From an uncultured Ruminococcus sp. (GTDB taxonomy: Bacteria > Bacillota > Clostridia > Oscillospirales > Acutalibacteraceae): a stretch of 64,000 bases of DNA. Of the stretch, positions 1-10,494 are shown in pieces. The DNA is taken from the NCBI GenBank assembly GCA_905235715.1, contig CAJONB010000001.1:5714-69713 (forward strand), given 5' to 3'. The notes beneath the pieces are model-generated. The model searched no databases and was not told the DNA's origin. It was given only the letters and a program-made list of their open reading frames with translations. A program made the position numbers and the translations under genes. Numbering within the stretch: the first letter of the stretch is position 1; each line of letters starts with the position of its first letter.

Positions 1-1923
1 GACGACGCGGTGCTGACCCAGTTCACCATGACGACCTTGGAGGAGCTGGGACTGCTCAAAATGGACTTTCTCGGACTGCGTAATCTCACCGTGATTCACG
101 ACGCGGAAATGATGATTCGCCGTCACGAGCCCCACTTTTCCATAGATAATATCGACTACGCCGACAAGTCGGTCTACGATATGATTTCCACAGGCAGCAC
201 CGACGGCGTGTTCCAGTTCGAGAGCGGCGGCATGAAGAATGTGCTTGTTCAGTTGAAGCCCAACCGCTTTGAGGATTTGATTGCGGTTATTTCGTTATAC
301 CGTCCCGGCCCGATGGATTCTATCCCGACCTATATCCGCAACCGTCACAATCCCTCCGCGATCACCTATAAGCACCCGCTGCTGGAGCCGATTCTCAACG
401 TCACCAACGGCTGTATTGTTTATCAGGAGCAGGTCATGCAGATTTTCCGCGCATTGGCGGGCTATTCGCTCGGGCGCGCGGATATTGTGCGACGCGCCAT
501 GAGTAAGAAAAAGCACGACGTGATGGAGCGTGAAAAGAAAATTTTCGTCGAGGGACTTGTCAACGATAACGGCGAGGTGGAGGTCGAGGGCTGCCTCAGA
601 CGCGGTATCGACCGTAAGACCGCGCTGTCTATCTACGCGGATATGGAGAGCTTCGCGTCCTACGCCTTCAATAAAAGTCACGCCGCTGCTTATGCTGCGG
701 TTTCCTACCAGACCGCGTACCTCAAATGCCACTATAAGCGCGAGTATATGGCGGCGCTGCTCTCGTCCGTTATTGACAGCCAGAACAAAACCGCTCTGTA
801 TATCAGTGAGTGCCACCGCCTCGGAATCGCCGTACTGCCCCCGAGCGTGAATGAATCCGACAGTAAGTTTACCGTGTCGCGCGGCAATATCCGCTTCGGA
901 CTTTCGGCCGTCCGCAATCTCGGCTTGGGCTTTATTGACGAGCTGATTCGCGAGCGGCAGGATAAGCCGTTCAGCTCATACTACGATTTCTGCAAGCGAA
1001 TGGGGAGCAGGGGACTGAACGCCCGCTCTCTGGAAAGCCTGATAAAATGCGGTGCGCTGGATAACCTCGGCCCTAACCGCAGACAGATGCTCGCCGTGAT
1101 GAAAACCGTCCTTGACGACCTCGAATACGACCGCCGCAAGGGCGCTGCGGGACAGATTTCGCTTTTTGATATGGGCGATACGCCGCGCACTGAAAGCGGC
1201 ATTGTCATTCCCCCGATGGAAGAATTTCCCCTGACGGAGCTTCTCAATATGGAGAAGGAAATGGCGGGAATGTACCTGAGCGGTCATCCGATTGACGAGT
1301 ACGCGCCGTTTGCGAACAGTATCGGCGCTGACAGCATTACCGAGGTGCTTGACACCGAAAACGGCGCCTACAGTGACAGACAGAAGGTAAAGCTGGTCGC
1401 TGTTGTTGCAAAAAATAAGAGTCAGCTCACTAAATCCAATAAGATGATGGCGTTCGTCGAGGTGGAGGATCGCTACGGCTCATGCGAGATGATTGTCTTT
1501 CCGAATGTGCTCGAGCAGTGCGGCTCGGCGCTGTATGTAGGCGCCGTGGTGGAAATCGACGGCACGCTGAGCATGAAGGAGGATGAGGAGCCGCGTGTGA
1601 TTGCGGACAAGGTTGTCGCGCTCCCGCCCGCGGAGCAGCTGAAAATCAGCAAAAGAACACCTGAGAGACCCGCCCCTCAGCCGCAGAATACCGGACCTCA
1701 TGAGCAAAAGCTGTATCTGAAGGTAAGCTCCCTTGAATCCCGCGAGTACCTCAAGGCAAAAAATATCCTCGAGATTTTCCGCGGCAGCACTAAGGTGATT
1801 TTCTATCTCAGCGATACCAAAACGCAGATGCTTGCGCCCGCGTCGCTATGGACAAGCGTAAATGATACCATGCTCGGTGAGTTGCGTTATCAGCTCGGCG
1901 AGGAAAATGTTAAGATGAAATAA
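1..1923 (+). CDS. dnaE: DNA polymerase III alpha subunit DnaE, C-terminal part (gene starts before the window)
   Basis: LLKMDFLGLRNLT, SLYRPGPMD, IVYQEQVMQI, YAFNKSHAAAY and IRFGLSAVRNLG motifs, then an OB-fold and a C-terminal tail; frame is open from base 1. Confidence 0.97.
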   Translation, partial: DDAVLTQFTMTTLEELGLLKMDFLGLRNLTVIHDAEMMIRRHEPHFSIDNIDYADKSVYDMISTGSTDGVFQFESGGMKNVLVQLKPNRFEDLIAVISLYRPGPMDSIPTYIRNRHNPSAITYKHPLLEPILNVTNGCIVYQEQVMQIFRALAGYSLGRADIVRRAMSKKKHDVMEREKKIFVEGLVNDNGEVEVEGCLRRGIDRKTALSIYADMESFASYAFNKSHAAAYAAVSYQTAYLKCHYKREYMAALLSSVIDSQNKTALYISECHRLGIAVLPPSVNESDSKFTVSRGNIRFGLSAVRNLGLGFIDELIRERQDKPFSSYYDFCKRMGSRGLNARSLESLIKCGALDNLGPNRRQMLAVMKTVLDDLEYDRRKGAAGQISLFDMGDTPRTESGIVIPPMEEFPLTELLNMEKEMAGMYLSGHPIDEYAPFANSIGADSITEVLDTENGAYSDRQKVKLVAVVAKNKSQLTKSNKMMAFVEVEDRYGSCEMIVFPNVLEQCGSALYVGAVVEIDGTLSMKEDEEPRVIADKVVALPPAEQLKISKRTPERPAPQPQNTGPHEQKLYLKVSSLESREYLKAKNILEIFRGSTKVIFYLSDTKTQMLAPASLWTSVNDTMLGELRYQLGEENVKMK

Positions 1924-1953
1924 CAATAAAGGACAAAAAGTTGTGTGAAACAC

Positions 1954-1982
1954 TTGATTATTGTCGAGGGTTTGATTATAAT
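1954..1982 (+). promoter_or_regulatory. sigma-A-type promoter for pfkA
   Basis: TTGATT (1954-1959), 17 nt, TATAAT (1977-1982); SD GAGGAGG before the ATG at 2024. Confidence 0.7.
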
Positions 1983-2023
1983 AATACTGTATTTGAATTC
2001 TGAATGTTTGAGGAGGAATTGTT

Positions 2024-2989
2024 ATGTGTAAGTCGATAGCAGTATTGACCAGCGGCGGCGACGCTCCGGGTATGAACGCGGCTGTCAGAGCAGTTGTCAG
2101 AGCGGGCATCCACAGAGGCTTTAAGGTATACGGCATCTCGAGAGGCTATCACGGTCTGTTGAAGCGTGAGGTTACGGAAATGAACCTTCGCTCGGTTTCC
2201 GATATTATCGGACGCGGCGGTACGCTGTTGTATACGGCTCGCTGCAGAGCGATGATGACTCCCGAGGGTCAGCAGCAGGCTGCCGAAATCTGCAAGAGCT
2301 TGGATATCGAGGGTCTTGTCGTTATCGGCGGCGACGGCTCGTTCAAGGGCGCGCGCGCACTGTCGAATCTCGGAATTCCCTGCGTCGGTATCCCCGGCAC
2401 GATCGACAACGATATCGCCTGCTCCGATTATACTATCGGCTTTGATACCGCGATGAATACCGCGATGGAAATGGTCGATAAGATCCGTGATACCGCCCAG
2501 TCCCATGACCGCTGCTCGGTTGTTGAGGTGATGGGCAGACGCTGCGGCGACATCGCCCTGCAGACCGGTATCGCCGTCGGCGCGACCTCCATCCTCGTTC
2601 CCGAGGTCCCGTTCGATCTCGAATCCGACGTTATCTCGCGTATTTATGAGCAGAAGAGCACCGGCAAAAAGCACTTCATCATCGTCGTAGCCGAAGGCGT
2701 CGGCGGCGTTGAGGATTTGGCGAAATATATTGAAAAGCGCACCGGTATCGAATCCCGCGCTACTGTCCTCGGTCATGTTCAGCGCGGCGGCTCGCCGACC
2801 TTGCGCGACCGTCTGATGGCGACTGCAATGGGCGTTGAGGCGGTCGACCTGCTTGAAAAAGGTATCGGCAACCGTGTGATTGCCTATAAGGACAGCAAAA
2901 TCGTTAATTTTGATATCACCGAAGCGCTCGATATGCCGCGTGAGTTTGACCGTCACCTGTATGAGGTCGCTCTGGAGGCGTCGATCTAG
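2024..2989 (+). CDS. pfkA: ATP-dependent 6-phosphofructokinase
   Basis: TSGGDAPGMN, GGDGS, PGTIDND, VEVMGR, LGHVQRGG; Gly at both ATP/PPi specificity positions. Confidence 0.97.
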   Translation: MCKSIAVLTSGGDAPGMNAAVRAVVRAGIHRGFKVYGISRGYHGLLKREVTEMNLRSVSDIIGRGGTLLYTARCRAMMTPEGQQQAAEICKSLDIEGLVVIGGDGSFKGARALSNLGIPCVGIPGTIDNDIACSDYTIGFDTAMNTAMEMVDKIRDTAQSHDRCSVVEVMGRRCGDIALQTGIAVGATSILVPEVPFDLESDVISRIYEQKSTGKKHFIIVVAEGVGGVEDLAKYIEKRTGIESRATVLGHVQRGGSPTLRDRLMATAMGVEAVDLLEKGIGNRVIAYKDSKIVNFDITEALDMPREFDRHLYEVALEASI

Positions 2990-3060
2990 TCTTACAATCC
3001 AAGCGGTTGCGCGCCTTGCACAACCGCTTTTTCATTAGAGCTTATTATTGGGGAACGGAA

Positions 3061-4716
3061 ATGAGTATTCAATACTTTTATAATTTTTGTCTGAAAGAGC
3101 TTGATAAGACCGACTTGAGCGGCGATTTGCTCACGGTGGTCAGAAAATCGTATTTTCGCGGCAACGGCAGAATCAAGGATAAGATAACGGGCAACAGCGA
3201 TGCACAGCCATATTACTATGACTTTTGCATTGAGAAGGAAAAGCCGATGAAATGGCTGGTCAAGGATGCAACCGGCACAACGCTGCAGGAGGTAATGCTG
3301 TCCGACGGAGGCAAGTATTACATCTACTTTTATGAGAACCGGGCGTTGTATAAGCGGCTGCTGTTCAGTAAGTATCATACGCTGTTGAAGGGCGAATATT
3401 TCGATACCGAAACAGGCGCTGTGAAGCATACGCTCGAGCCGCGCAAGGCTCAGAACAGCTTGTGTATTCTTTATACCATGAAGTCCAGCCCCGTGCAGGT
3501 ACCTCTCTTTGAGGAGCCTGAGGTTTACGATGAGGTTATCCGTGAACGGATTCAAAATGAGTTTGAGGATTATACTGTTATCGCCGCGACAAACGAGGGC
3601 TTGGTACGCTTTTTATCCGACGACCAGCTCAAACTATTTAATTCTTTTAAAGAAAAATGTGAGCAGGAACAGGCAAATATCCGTGAAGAAAGCTTTGTCG
3701 GCGATGATACGCCCCTGCTGGATAAAATCAACGCGAAGGATTTTAACGTCAAGCGGAATCTCTCCGCCGCGCTGGATATCACCCGCGCGATGGAATTCGG
3801 CGTTCGCGATGACTTCACCGAAGTCGCCGAGGCAGAGCGCTTGACAAAGCTTGTCAACGGCGAAGACGTGACGCCTCCCGAGGAGGTTATCAACGAAGAA
3901 ACGGCAATAGCGGAAGCTGCTGCCGAACAGATTATGAAAGCGATTGCTCAGGTGCAGTCCGCTGAGGAAGAACAACAACAGACTGAAGAACCTCAGTCCG
4001 TTGAACCACAGTCCGTTGAACCGCAGTCCGTAGAAGCACAGACAGAGGAGTCGCAGACCAACGAACCGCAGACTGAGGAAGTTCAGACAGAAGAAATTCA
4101 GCCGGCAGAAGAACAGTCCGACGAACCGAAGTCCGAGGCAAGCGCCGAACCCGCCCCCGAGCCTGTAAGCGAAGATGCGGTCGAACCTGAGCCCGAACCT
4201 GCATCCGAAGAAGCGACCAACCCTGAGCTTGCTCCCGAGAACGAGCCCGACAAGCGCATTATCGCTGACGGAGCGGTTTACAGCTATTACGGCGATTTGG
4301 ACGAGCAGGGCAACCGCTCCGGCTACGGAAGAACGCTGACCGAGCTGGGTCGCACCGCCTACGAGGGCTATTACTTCAATGATAAGCGCTCCGGCAACGG
4401 CTCGTATTATTATAAGGACGGCACGCTGTGCTATACGGGCGACTGGCTGGAGAATGCCCGCCACGGTATCGGCGTCGGCGTCAGCTCCCGCGACGGCTCA
4501 ATTCACGTCGGCAAGTGGAAGAATAACAAGCCCGACGGCAACGGCGTCCGTTTGGATGCGGACGGCGATATCCGCTTTGTCTGCAAGGAGCTGTCCGACG
4601 GCACTACCGTACTGATGAATTATATGCCCGACGACACCGTTGTTATCTCGAAATATGACGAAAGCGGCATGAAAACAGGCGAATCTACGGTATCGCTGAA
4701 GGATTTGCAGGTTTGA
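3061..4716 (+). CDS. Hypothetical protein: unknown N-terminal domain, acidic Glu/Gln/Pro linker, C-terminal MORN-like repeats
   Basis: Start at ATG 3061 after a GGGAACGGAA SD-like site; C-terminal YEGYYFNDKRSGNG, YTGDWLENARHGIG, HVGKWKNNKPDGNG fit the MORN pattern. Confidence 0.7.
   Translation: MSIQYFYNFCLKELDKTDLSGDLLTVVRKSYFRGNGRIKDKITGNSDAQPYYYDFCIEKEKPMKWLVKDATGTTLQEVMLSDGGKYYIYFYENRALYKRLLFSKYHTLLKGEYFDTETGAVKHTLEPRKAQNSLCILYTMKSSPVQVPLFEEPEVYDEVIRERIQNEFEDYTVIAATNEGLVRFLSDDQLKLFNSFKEKCEQEQANIREESFVGDDTPLLDKINAKDFNVKRNLSAALDITRAMEFGVRDDFTEVAEAERLTKLVNGEDVTPPEEVINEETAIAEAAAEQIMKAIAQVQSAEEEQQQTEEPQSVEPQSVEPQSVEAQTEESQTNEPQTEEVQTEEIQPAEEQSDEPKSEASAEPAPEPVSEDAVEPEPEPASEEATNPELAPENEPDKRIIADGAVYSYYGDLDEQGNRSGYGRTLTELGRTAYEGYYFNDKRSGNGSYYYKDGTLCYTGDWLENARHGIGVGVSSRDGSIHVGKWKNNKPDGNGVRLDADGDIRFVCKELSDGTTVLMNYMPDDTVVISKYDESGMKTGESTVSLKDLQV
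3988..4032 (+). repeat. 15-bp coding tandem repeat x3 (EPQSV)
   Basis: gaacctcagtccgtt / gaaccacagtccgtt / gaaccgcagtccgta. Confidence 0.9.
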
Positions 4717-4803
4717 TTCATAATCAGGAAAACTTTGATAATACTATTACCGTTACGTACCGAATGGAATGTAGCGGTAATTTTTTATCAGAGGAGAATC
4801 TTT

Positions 4804-5196
4804 ATGAAACAATTGATTGTATTCTTATGTGCGCTGACGCTGGTTGCCGCACTGCTCGGCGGATGTGCACAGCAAGCCGCCGATGACGTATCGAATATGG
4901 CTTCGACCGCTGTATCCGATATCAAGGAGGACGCCGATAAGTTCGGCAAAACCGACGACGATACCAACGGCGACGTTTCCGACAATACCGACGCGCCCAC
5001 CCCGACCATCGCTGACATGGATCAGATGATGGAAAACGGCAAGATTGACGATGAAAACGACGACGACTACGACGGCGATAATATCGACGATGACGCGCTG
5101 GATAACAGCGCCGCGGATGATAACAATGACGGTGACTTTGCCGATGGCGGCGAGCATAACGACGAGACGGATAACAACGGCAGTAACTTTATCTGA
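4804..5196 (+). CDS. Small, very acidic (Asp/Asn-rich) lipoprotein
   Basis: SD GAGGAG; MKQLIVFLCALTLVAALLGGC lipobox; mature part mostly D/N/E. Confidence 0.7.
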   Translation: MKQLIVFLCALTLVAALLGGCAQQAADDVSNMASTAVSDIKEDADKFGKTDDDTNGDVSDNTDAPTPTIADMDQMMENGKIDDENDDDYDGDNIDDDALDNSAADDNNDGDFADGGEHNDETDNNGSNFI

Positions 5197-5204
5197 GCGC
5201 AAAT

Positions 5205-5233
5205 AGGGCAGGCGTCCGCGGATGCCTGCCTCT
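5205..5233. terminator. Hairpin between the convergent lipoprotein and sigE genes
   Basis: agggcaggcgtcc / ggatgcctgcctct inverted repeat. Confidence 0.7.
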
Positions 5234-5240
5234 TTACATA

Positions 5241-5942
5241 CTATATATATTGTTCCAAGTCCGTCTTTAGCTTGCGGATGATTTTCTTTTCCAAGCGGGA
5301 GATATACGACTGGGAGATACCGAGCAAATCGGCAACCTGCTTCTGGGTATGCTCTTTGTTGCCGTTGAGACCGAACCGCAGTTCCATGATCATCGCCTCG
5401 CGGGTGTTCAGCTTCGATACCGCCTCCATCAGCTGGGTGACCTCCACCTCCTGCTCAATATCGGTGCTGACCGTATTGCTGTCGCTGCCAAGCACGTCGC
5501 ATAGTAACAGCTCGTTGCCGTCCCAGTCGGTGCTGAGCGGCTCCTCGATGGAAACCTCGTATTTGCTCTGAGCAGTTTTGCGCAGGAACATCAGGATTTC
5601 GTTCTCGATACAGCGCGAGGCGTAGGTCGCGAGCTTGATATTGCGGTCGGGCGAAAAGGTATTGACCGCCTTGATCAGCCCGATTGTCCCGATGGAAATC
5701 AAATCCTCGATATTGACGTTGGCGTTCTCGAATTTCTTCGCGATGTAGACCACCAGCCGCAGATTGTGGACAATCAGCGGTTCACGCGCCTTTTCGTCAC
5801 CCTGACGGATTTGCTCCATGATGACTTCTTCCTCCTCTTTGGTCAGGGGTGGGGGAAGCGCACCGCTGTTGCTGATGTAGTACACGCTGTTGGACAGCAG
5901 GATAAAGCGGATTTTAAACAGCATATTTCTCAGAAGTTGCAT
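5241..5942 (-). CDS. sigE: Sporulation sigma factor SigE (pro-sigma-E)
   Basis: Pro-sequence-like N-terminus, [72 protein letters not shown]; directly downstream of spoIIGA. Confidence 0.93.
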   Translation of the reverse strand: MQLLRNMLFKIRFILLSNSVYYISNSGALPPPLTKEEEEVIMEQIRQGDEKAREPLIVHNLRLVVYIAKKFENANVNIEDLISIGTIGLIKAVNTFSPDRNIKLATYASRCIENEILMFLRKTAQSKYEVSIEEPLSTDWDGNELLLCDVLGSDSNTVSTDIEQEVEVTQLMEAVSKLNTREAMIMELRFGLNGNKEHTQKQVADLLGISQSYISRLEKKIIRKLKTDLEQYI

Positions 5943-5946
5943 GGTA

Positions 5947-6735
5947 TCACCTTAATATTTCAGAATTGATGATTGCCTGAAAATGTTCGTTTTTGAGTGG
6001 AGCAGAGGCAATATAGACAGCTTTTTCAATGAATGTACCGTCGATGCGGACCTGTTCCGCCTTGACGGCATAGAGAATGGAGGTGCTTCCTACAGCGGAG
6101 TAGGGGATAACCCGCCGCTGCATCACTTCCTTTATGACAAAGAGCTGATTGTCAACAATAATGACCGGCGCTCCCGAGAACGGTTCCTTGAGATTACAGC
6201 CCGTGTCTACCTTGCCGGTACAGGAATATCCGACCTCGTCCACGGTGAAGCTGAGCGGAACAACGCTGCTCTTTATTCTTTCACGGAATAATTTGTCAAA
6301 CAGCGTAATCAGTATGTAGATGATTGCCGTACATCCGAGCAGAATCAGCGGATTGAATTCAAAGTAGACGATATCGTTGATAATCAGCATATTCGGCGGC
6401 TTGAAGAGCTGATATATCAAGACGAATACCCCGCTGTAAACGACGCTCACACCGACCGTCGCCAGCGTGATTTTCAGATATTCCTTTCTGTTGATAAATG
6501 GAAAGGCAATCAGCGCAATCAGCAGAGAGGACACCGCCTTAATCAGCAGAGCGAATAAAAAACCCTGCATATCCATAAATATCAAGAGGGAAAACAGCGA
6601 GCCTGTAAAGGACGCGAGCATGAGGCGCAGGGTAGTTGTTTCGCGCTTAAAAAGCTTTACTGCCGTAATCAGTACAGCGTAGGTGATGATGGTATTGATG
6701 AACAGCAGCACATCGACATAAACGACCGTAGACAT
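5947..6735 (-). CDS. spoIIGA: Sigma-E processing aspartic peptidase SpoIIGA
   Basis: N-terminal [10 protein letters not shown] plus several TM helices; catalytic [19 protein letters not shown]; upstream of sigE. Confidence 0.9.
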   Translation of the reverse strand: MSTVVYVDVLLFINTIITYAVLITAVKLFKRETTTLRLMLASFTGSLFSLLIFMDMQGFLFALLIKAVSSLLIALIAFPFINRKEYLKITLATVGVSVVYSGVFVLIYQLFKPPNMLIINDIVYFEFNPLILLGCTAIIYILITLFDKLFRERIKSSVVPLSFTVDEVGYSCTGKVDTGCNLKEPFSGAPVIIVDNQLFVIKEVMQRRVIPYSAVGSTSILYAVKAEQVRIDGTFIEKAVYIASAPLKNEHFQAIINSEILR

Positions 6736-6975
6736 CCCTCCGATACCGTTATTATCGCATAAGCGCTCCGCATCTTATGTCAAAGACAGACTGCGTATTT
6801 TTGTAAGATTGCCGCCCAAAACCGGATATACTGTTCAAGACGGTTTTGTCCGGGGGAATGTGAGTTGATTATAAGATAATCGGTAGACCTTTGAAGGTTG
6901 ATGTGTCATCTGTGAGAATTCATTGTTGAAAATTTGTCAATTTTAAGATTTTGCATAAAATTTGTTAAAAAACGG

Positions 6976-7004
6976 TTGACTATTGCGCTTTTTCAGTTTA
7001 ATAT
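6976..7004 (+). promoter_or_regulatory. sigma-A-type promoter for the V-ATPase operon
   Basis: TTGACT (6976-6981), 17 nt, TAATAT (6999-7004). Confidence 0.55.
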
Positions 7005-7039
7005 ATTAAATTAAAGAAACAGGATATGGTGGTGATACT

Positions 7040-7351
7040 ATGGCACTGTCTACAATAGATAGGGTAAAGTCGGCTGAGCTTGCGGCGAATGAAGCGCAGG
7101 ATAACGCGGAGCTGCAGGCGAAGGCTATCGTTGACGAAGCGCAGGAAAATGCCGACGCGCTGATAGCCGGGGCGAAGGCACAGGCTGTCGCAGATGAAAA
7201 CGCTCAGGCAGCTCAGGCGCAGGCAAAGGCGGACGCGATGATCAAGGCGCGCCGTGAGAAAGCGCAGGAGGACGCCGACGCCCTTCGGGACAAAACCATG
7301 AAGCTAAGACAAAACGTCATTAATAAATTAATACAGGAAACCTTGGCATAG
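7040..7351 (+). CDS. V/A-type ATPase peripheral stalk subunit G/H (NtpF-like)
   Basis: Ala/Glu/Gln-rich coiled coil of about 100 aa, first gene of the operon. Confidence 0.75.
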   Translation: MALSTIDRVKSAELAANEAQDNAELQAKAIVDEAQENADALIAGAKAQAVADENAQAAQAQAKADAMIKARREKAQEDADALRDKTMKLRQNVINKLIQETLA

Positions 7352-7370
7352 TGCAGTAAGGAGGGCATTT

Positions 7371-9392
7371 ATGGCAGTGCTCAAAATGCAGCGTATCTAT
7401 ATTTATGCGCTGATGAAATACTGCAAGGATATTCTGGAAACGCTCCAACGGCGCGGTGTGGTTCAGGTAGAGAACCTTGAGCCGGAGGACAGCGTATTTT
7501 TCAAGGAGGACACTTCATCACTGCAGTCGCAGTATAACCGTTCGGCGGCTGTCGCGAGAGAAGCGCAATCAATACTCGCGCAATATGTCCCGCAGAAAAA
7601 GAGCATGCTCAGTTCCTTTAAGGGACGCGACCGGCTCACTGCCGAAGAGTACAGAAAGTTCTCGAATGAAACCCAGGATAGCCTTCGTGCAGCATACGAT
7701 ATTGTATCGTGTCAAAAGAATATTGATATGTACGAGGCGGAAAAGGTCAAATACCAGTCTCAGCTCGAGGTCATCCGGCCGTGGCTGAGCTTGGATGTGC
7801 CGATGAACTTCTCGGGAACGGCAACCACCGCCGCCTTTATCGGAAAATTCTCCGAGCAGCTCACCTCGACGGATATTCTTACGCGGCTTGCGGAGCTGAT
7901 TCCCGAGGTCGAGGAAATCGACGTCGAAATGATACACAGCGACAAGAACCAGACCTGCGTGTTCATCCTCGCGATGAAGAAGGACGCCGATAAGGTGTCC
8001 GACGCACTCAGACGAATCGGCTTTGAGTATCCGTCCTATGTATCGCCCGTCGTTCCGCGTACCAGAGAAAAGGAAATCAACAAGCATCTGAGTCATCGCG
8101 ACGGTCGTATTCTGGAGGCGCAGGAGAATATCAAGGCTTACTCCGAATATTATCCGAAGCTTGCGTTTTTGGAGGATTACTACACGGCGAAGTCGGACCG
8201 CTACAAGGCGTTTGACGATATCGTTGCCTCCAATAATACCTTTATTCTCAGCGGATATATCCCCGACCCGGATGTGCAGGAGCTGAAGGAATACTTAGAA
8301 ACGCACTTTGACGCGCAGGTGGAGCTTGAGCCCTCCGATACCGACGATACGCCCGTCAAGCTCAAGAATAATAAATTTGCTGAGCCGACGGAAACGGTAC
8401 TGGCAACCTACAGCTATCCCGACCGTCACGAGGCGGATCCGACCTCCGTCATGGCTGTTTTCTACTATCTGTTCTTCGGCATGATGTTCTCGGACGCGGG
8501 CTACGGATTGATTATGGCGCTCGTGTGCGGCATCCTTCTCTTGAAGTTCAAGAATATGGAAGCCGGAACACGGCGCTCGATGAAGATGTTCTTCTGGTGC
8601 GGTGTTTCCACCACCTTCTGGGGACTGATGTTCGGCTCGTTCTTCGGCGACGCGATTTCGGTTATCTCCAATACCTTCTTCCATTCGCCGCCGCCTCAGA
8701 TCCCCGGTCTTGTGACGCCGATTTGGTTCAGCCCAATTTTCGACCCGATGAAAATGCTGATGTTCTCATTCTTGCTGGGCATTATCCACCTGTTCACGGG
8801 TCTCGGGTTTTTGGCGTATAACGATATTAAAAAGAAAGAATATCTCTCCGTGCTGTTCGACGTCGTCAGTTGGTATCTCTTAGTCGGCGGCGCAATCCTC
8901 GCGCTGCTGTCGCTGGAAATGATGCGGGATATCGCGGGCTTCGTACTTCCGCCTGTATTTTTAAGCATCGGCGGCATTATGGCGGCGGCAGGCGCTCTGC
9001 TGATTCTGTTCTTCGCCGGACGCTACAGCGCGAATCCCGTGATGCGGCTGATGAAGGGTCTGTACGGCTTATACGGCGCGACAGGCTACCTGAGCGATAT
9101 TTTGTCCTACAGCCGTCTGTTGGCTCTGGGACTGGCGACAGGCGTTATCGCTCAGGTATTCAACCAGATAGGTTCATTGATGGGCGGCGGCGTTTTCGGC
9201 GCGATTTTCTTCATCATCATCTTCGTAATCGGCCACAGCCTGAATATCGGTATCAACGCTCTCGGAGCGTATGTGCATACAAACAGACTTCAATTTGTTG
9301 AGTTCTTCGGTAAGTTCTATACCGGAGGCGGCAAAGAATTCAAACCGTTTAAAATCAATTCGAAACATTATACTGTCAAGGAGGAAATCTAA
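7371..9392 (+). CDS. ntpI: V/A-type ATPase subunit I (a)
   Basis: FFGMMFSDAGYG, DILSYSRLLALGLATG, HTNRLQFVEFFGKFYTGGG. Confidence 0.95.
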   Translation: MAVLKMQRIYIYALMKYCKDILETLQRRGVVQVENLEPEDSVFFKEDTSSLQSQYNRSAAVAREAQSILAQYVPQKKSMLSSFKGRDRLTAEEYRKFSNETQDSLRAAYDIVSCQKNIDMYEAEKVKYQSQLEVIRPWLSLDVPMNFSGTATTAAFIGKFSEQLTSTDILTRLAELIPEVEEIDVEMIHSDKNQTCVFILAMKKDADKVSDALRRIGFEYPSYVSPVVPRTREKEINKHLSHRDGRILEAQENIKAYSEYYPKLAFLEDYYTAKSDRYKAFDDIVASNNTFILSGYIPDPDVQELKEYLETHFDAQVELEPSDTDDTPVKLKNNKFAEPTETVLATYSYPDRHEADPTSVMAVFYYLFFGMMFSDAGYGLIMALVCGILLLKFKNMEAGTRRSMKMFFWCGVSTTFWGLMFGSFFGDAISVISNTFFHSPPPQIPGLVTPIWFSPIFDPMKMLMFSFLLGIIHLFTGLGFLAYNDIKKKEYLSVLFDVVSWYLLVGGAILALLSLEMMRDIAGFVLPPVFLSIGGIMAAAGALLILFFAGRYSANPVMRLMKGLYGLYGATGYLSDILSYSRLLALGLATGVIAQVFNQIGSLMGGGVFGAIFFIIIFVIGHSLNIGINALGAYVHTNRLQFVEFFGKFYTGGGKEFKPFKINSKHYTVKEEI

Positions 9393-9881
<489 letters not shown>

Positions 9882-9899
9882 TTGAAGCAGGAGTGAATT

Positions 9900-10481
9900 A
9901 TGGCCGGAATCGACAAAATGATTCGGCAAATTGAGGATGATACCAAAAGCGTATGCGACGAAATCCTGTCGAGCGCCCGGGCGAAGGCGGATAAGATAGA
10001 AGCTGACGCGAAGCTCGAGGCGGATAAAATCACTGCCGAAGGCAAGAAGAAGTCGGCAGCCCACGTCGCCGATATCGAGGTTCGCGGAGAATCCTCCGCA
10101 GAGCTTGAGGAGCGCAGGGTCGCTCTGTATACAAAGCAGCGTATCATTCAAGAAATGCTGAACAAGGGCTTACAGGTCGCCAAAGACCTGCCCGACGACG
10201 AGTATTTTGCACTGATACTCAAAATGATAGAAAAGAATTCACAGGAACAGGACGGCGTGATTTTCTTCGGTAAGAAGGATATCGACCGCTTGCCTGAGAA
10301 TTTTACGGATAAAATCAATTCTGTATCCAAGGGAAAGCTCACGCTTTCCGGTAAAGCCGCCGCGATAGACGCCGGATTTATCCTCAGCTACGGCGGCATA
10401 GAGGAGAACTGCTCCTTCGACGCGATTTTCAAGAGCGAGGCGGACAATCTGTCCGACAGAGCGGGCAAGCTTCTCTTCTGA
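9900..10481 (+). CDS. ntpE: V/A-type ATPase subunit E
   Basis: N-terminal coiled coil; C-terminal IDAGFILSYGGIEENCSFDAI; operon position. Confidence 0.9.
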   Translation: MAGIDKMIRQIEDDTKSVCDEILSSARAKADKIEADAKLEADKITAEGKKKSAAHVADIEVRGESSAELEERRVALYTKQRIIQEMLNKGLQVAKDLPDDEYFALILKMIEKNSQEQDGVIFFGKKDIDRLPENFTDKINSVSKGKLTLSGKAAAIDAGFILSYGGIEENCSFDAIFKSEADNLSDRAGKLLF

Positions 10482-10494
10482 GAAAGGAGTTAGT

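Noticed and set aside
5241-5251. Short TA run at the sigE 3' end
   Set aside because: Only about 5 units, explained by the codons for Tyr-Ile-stop
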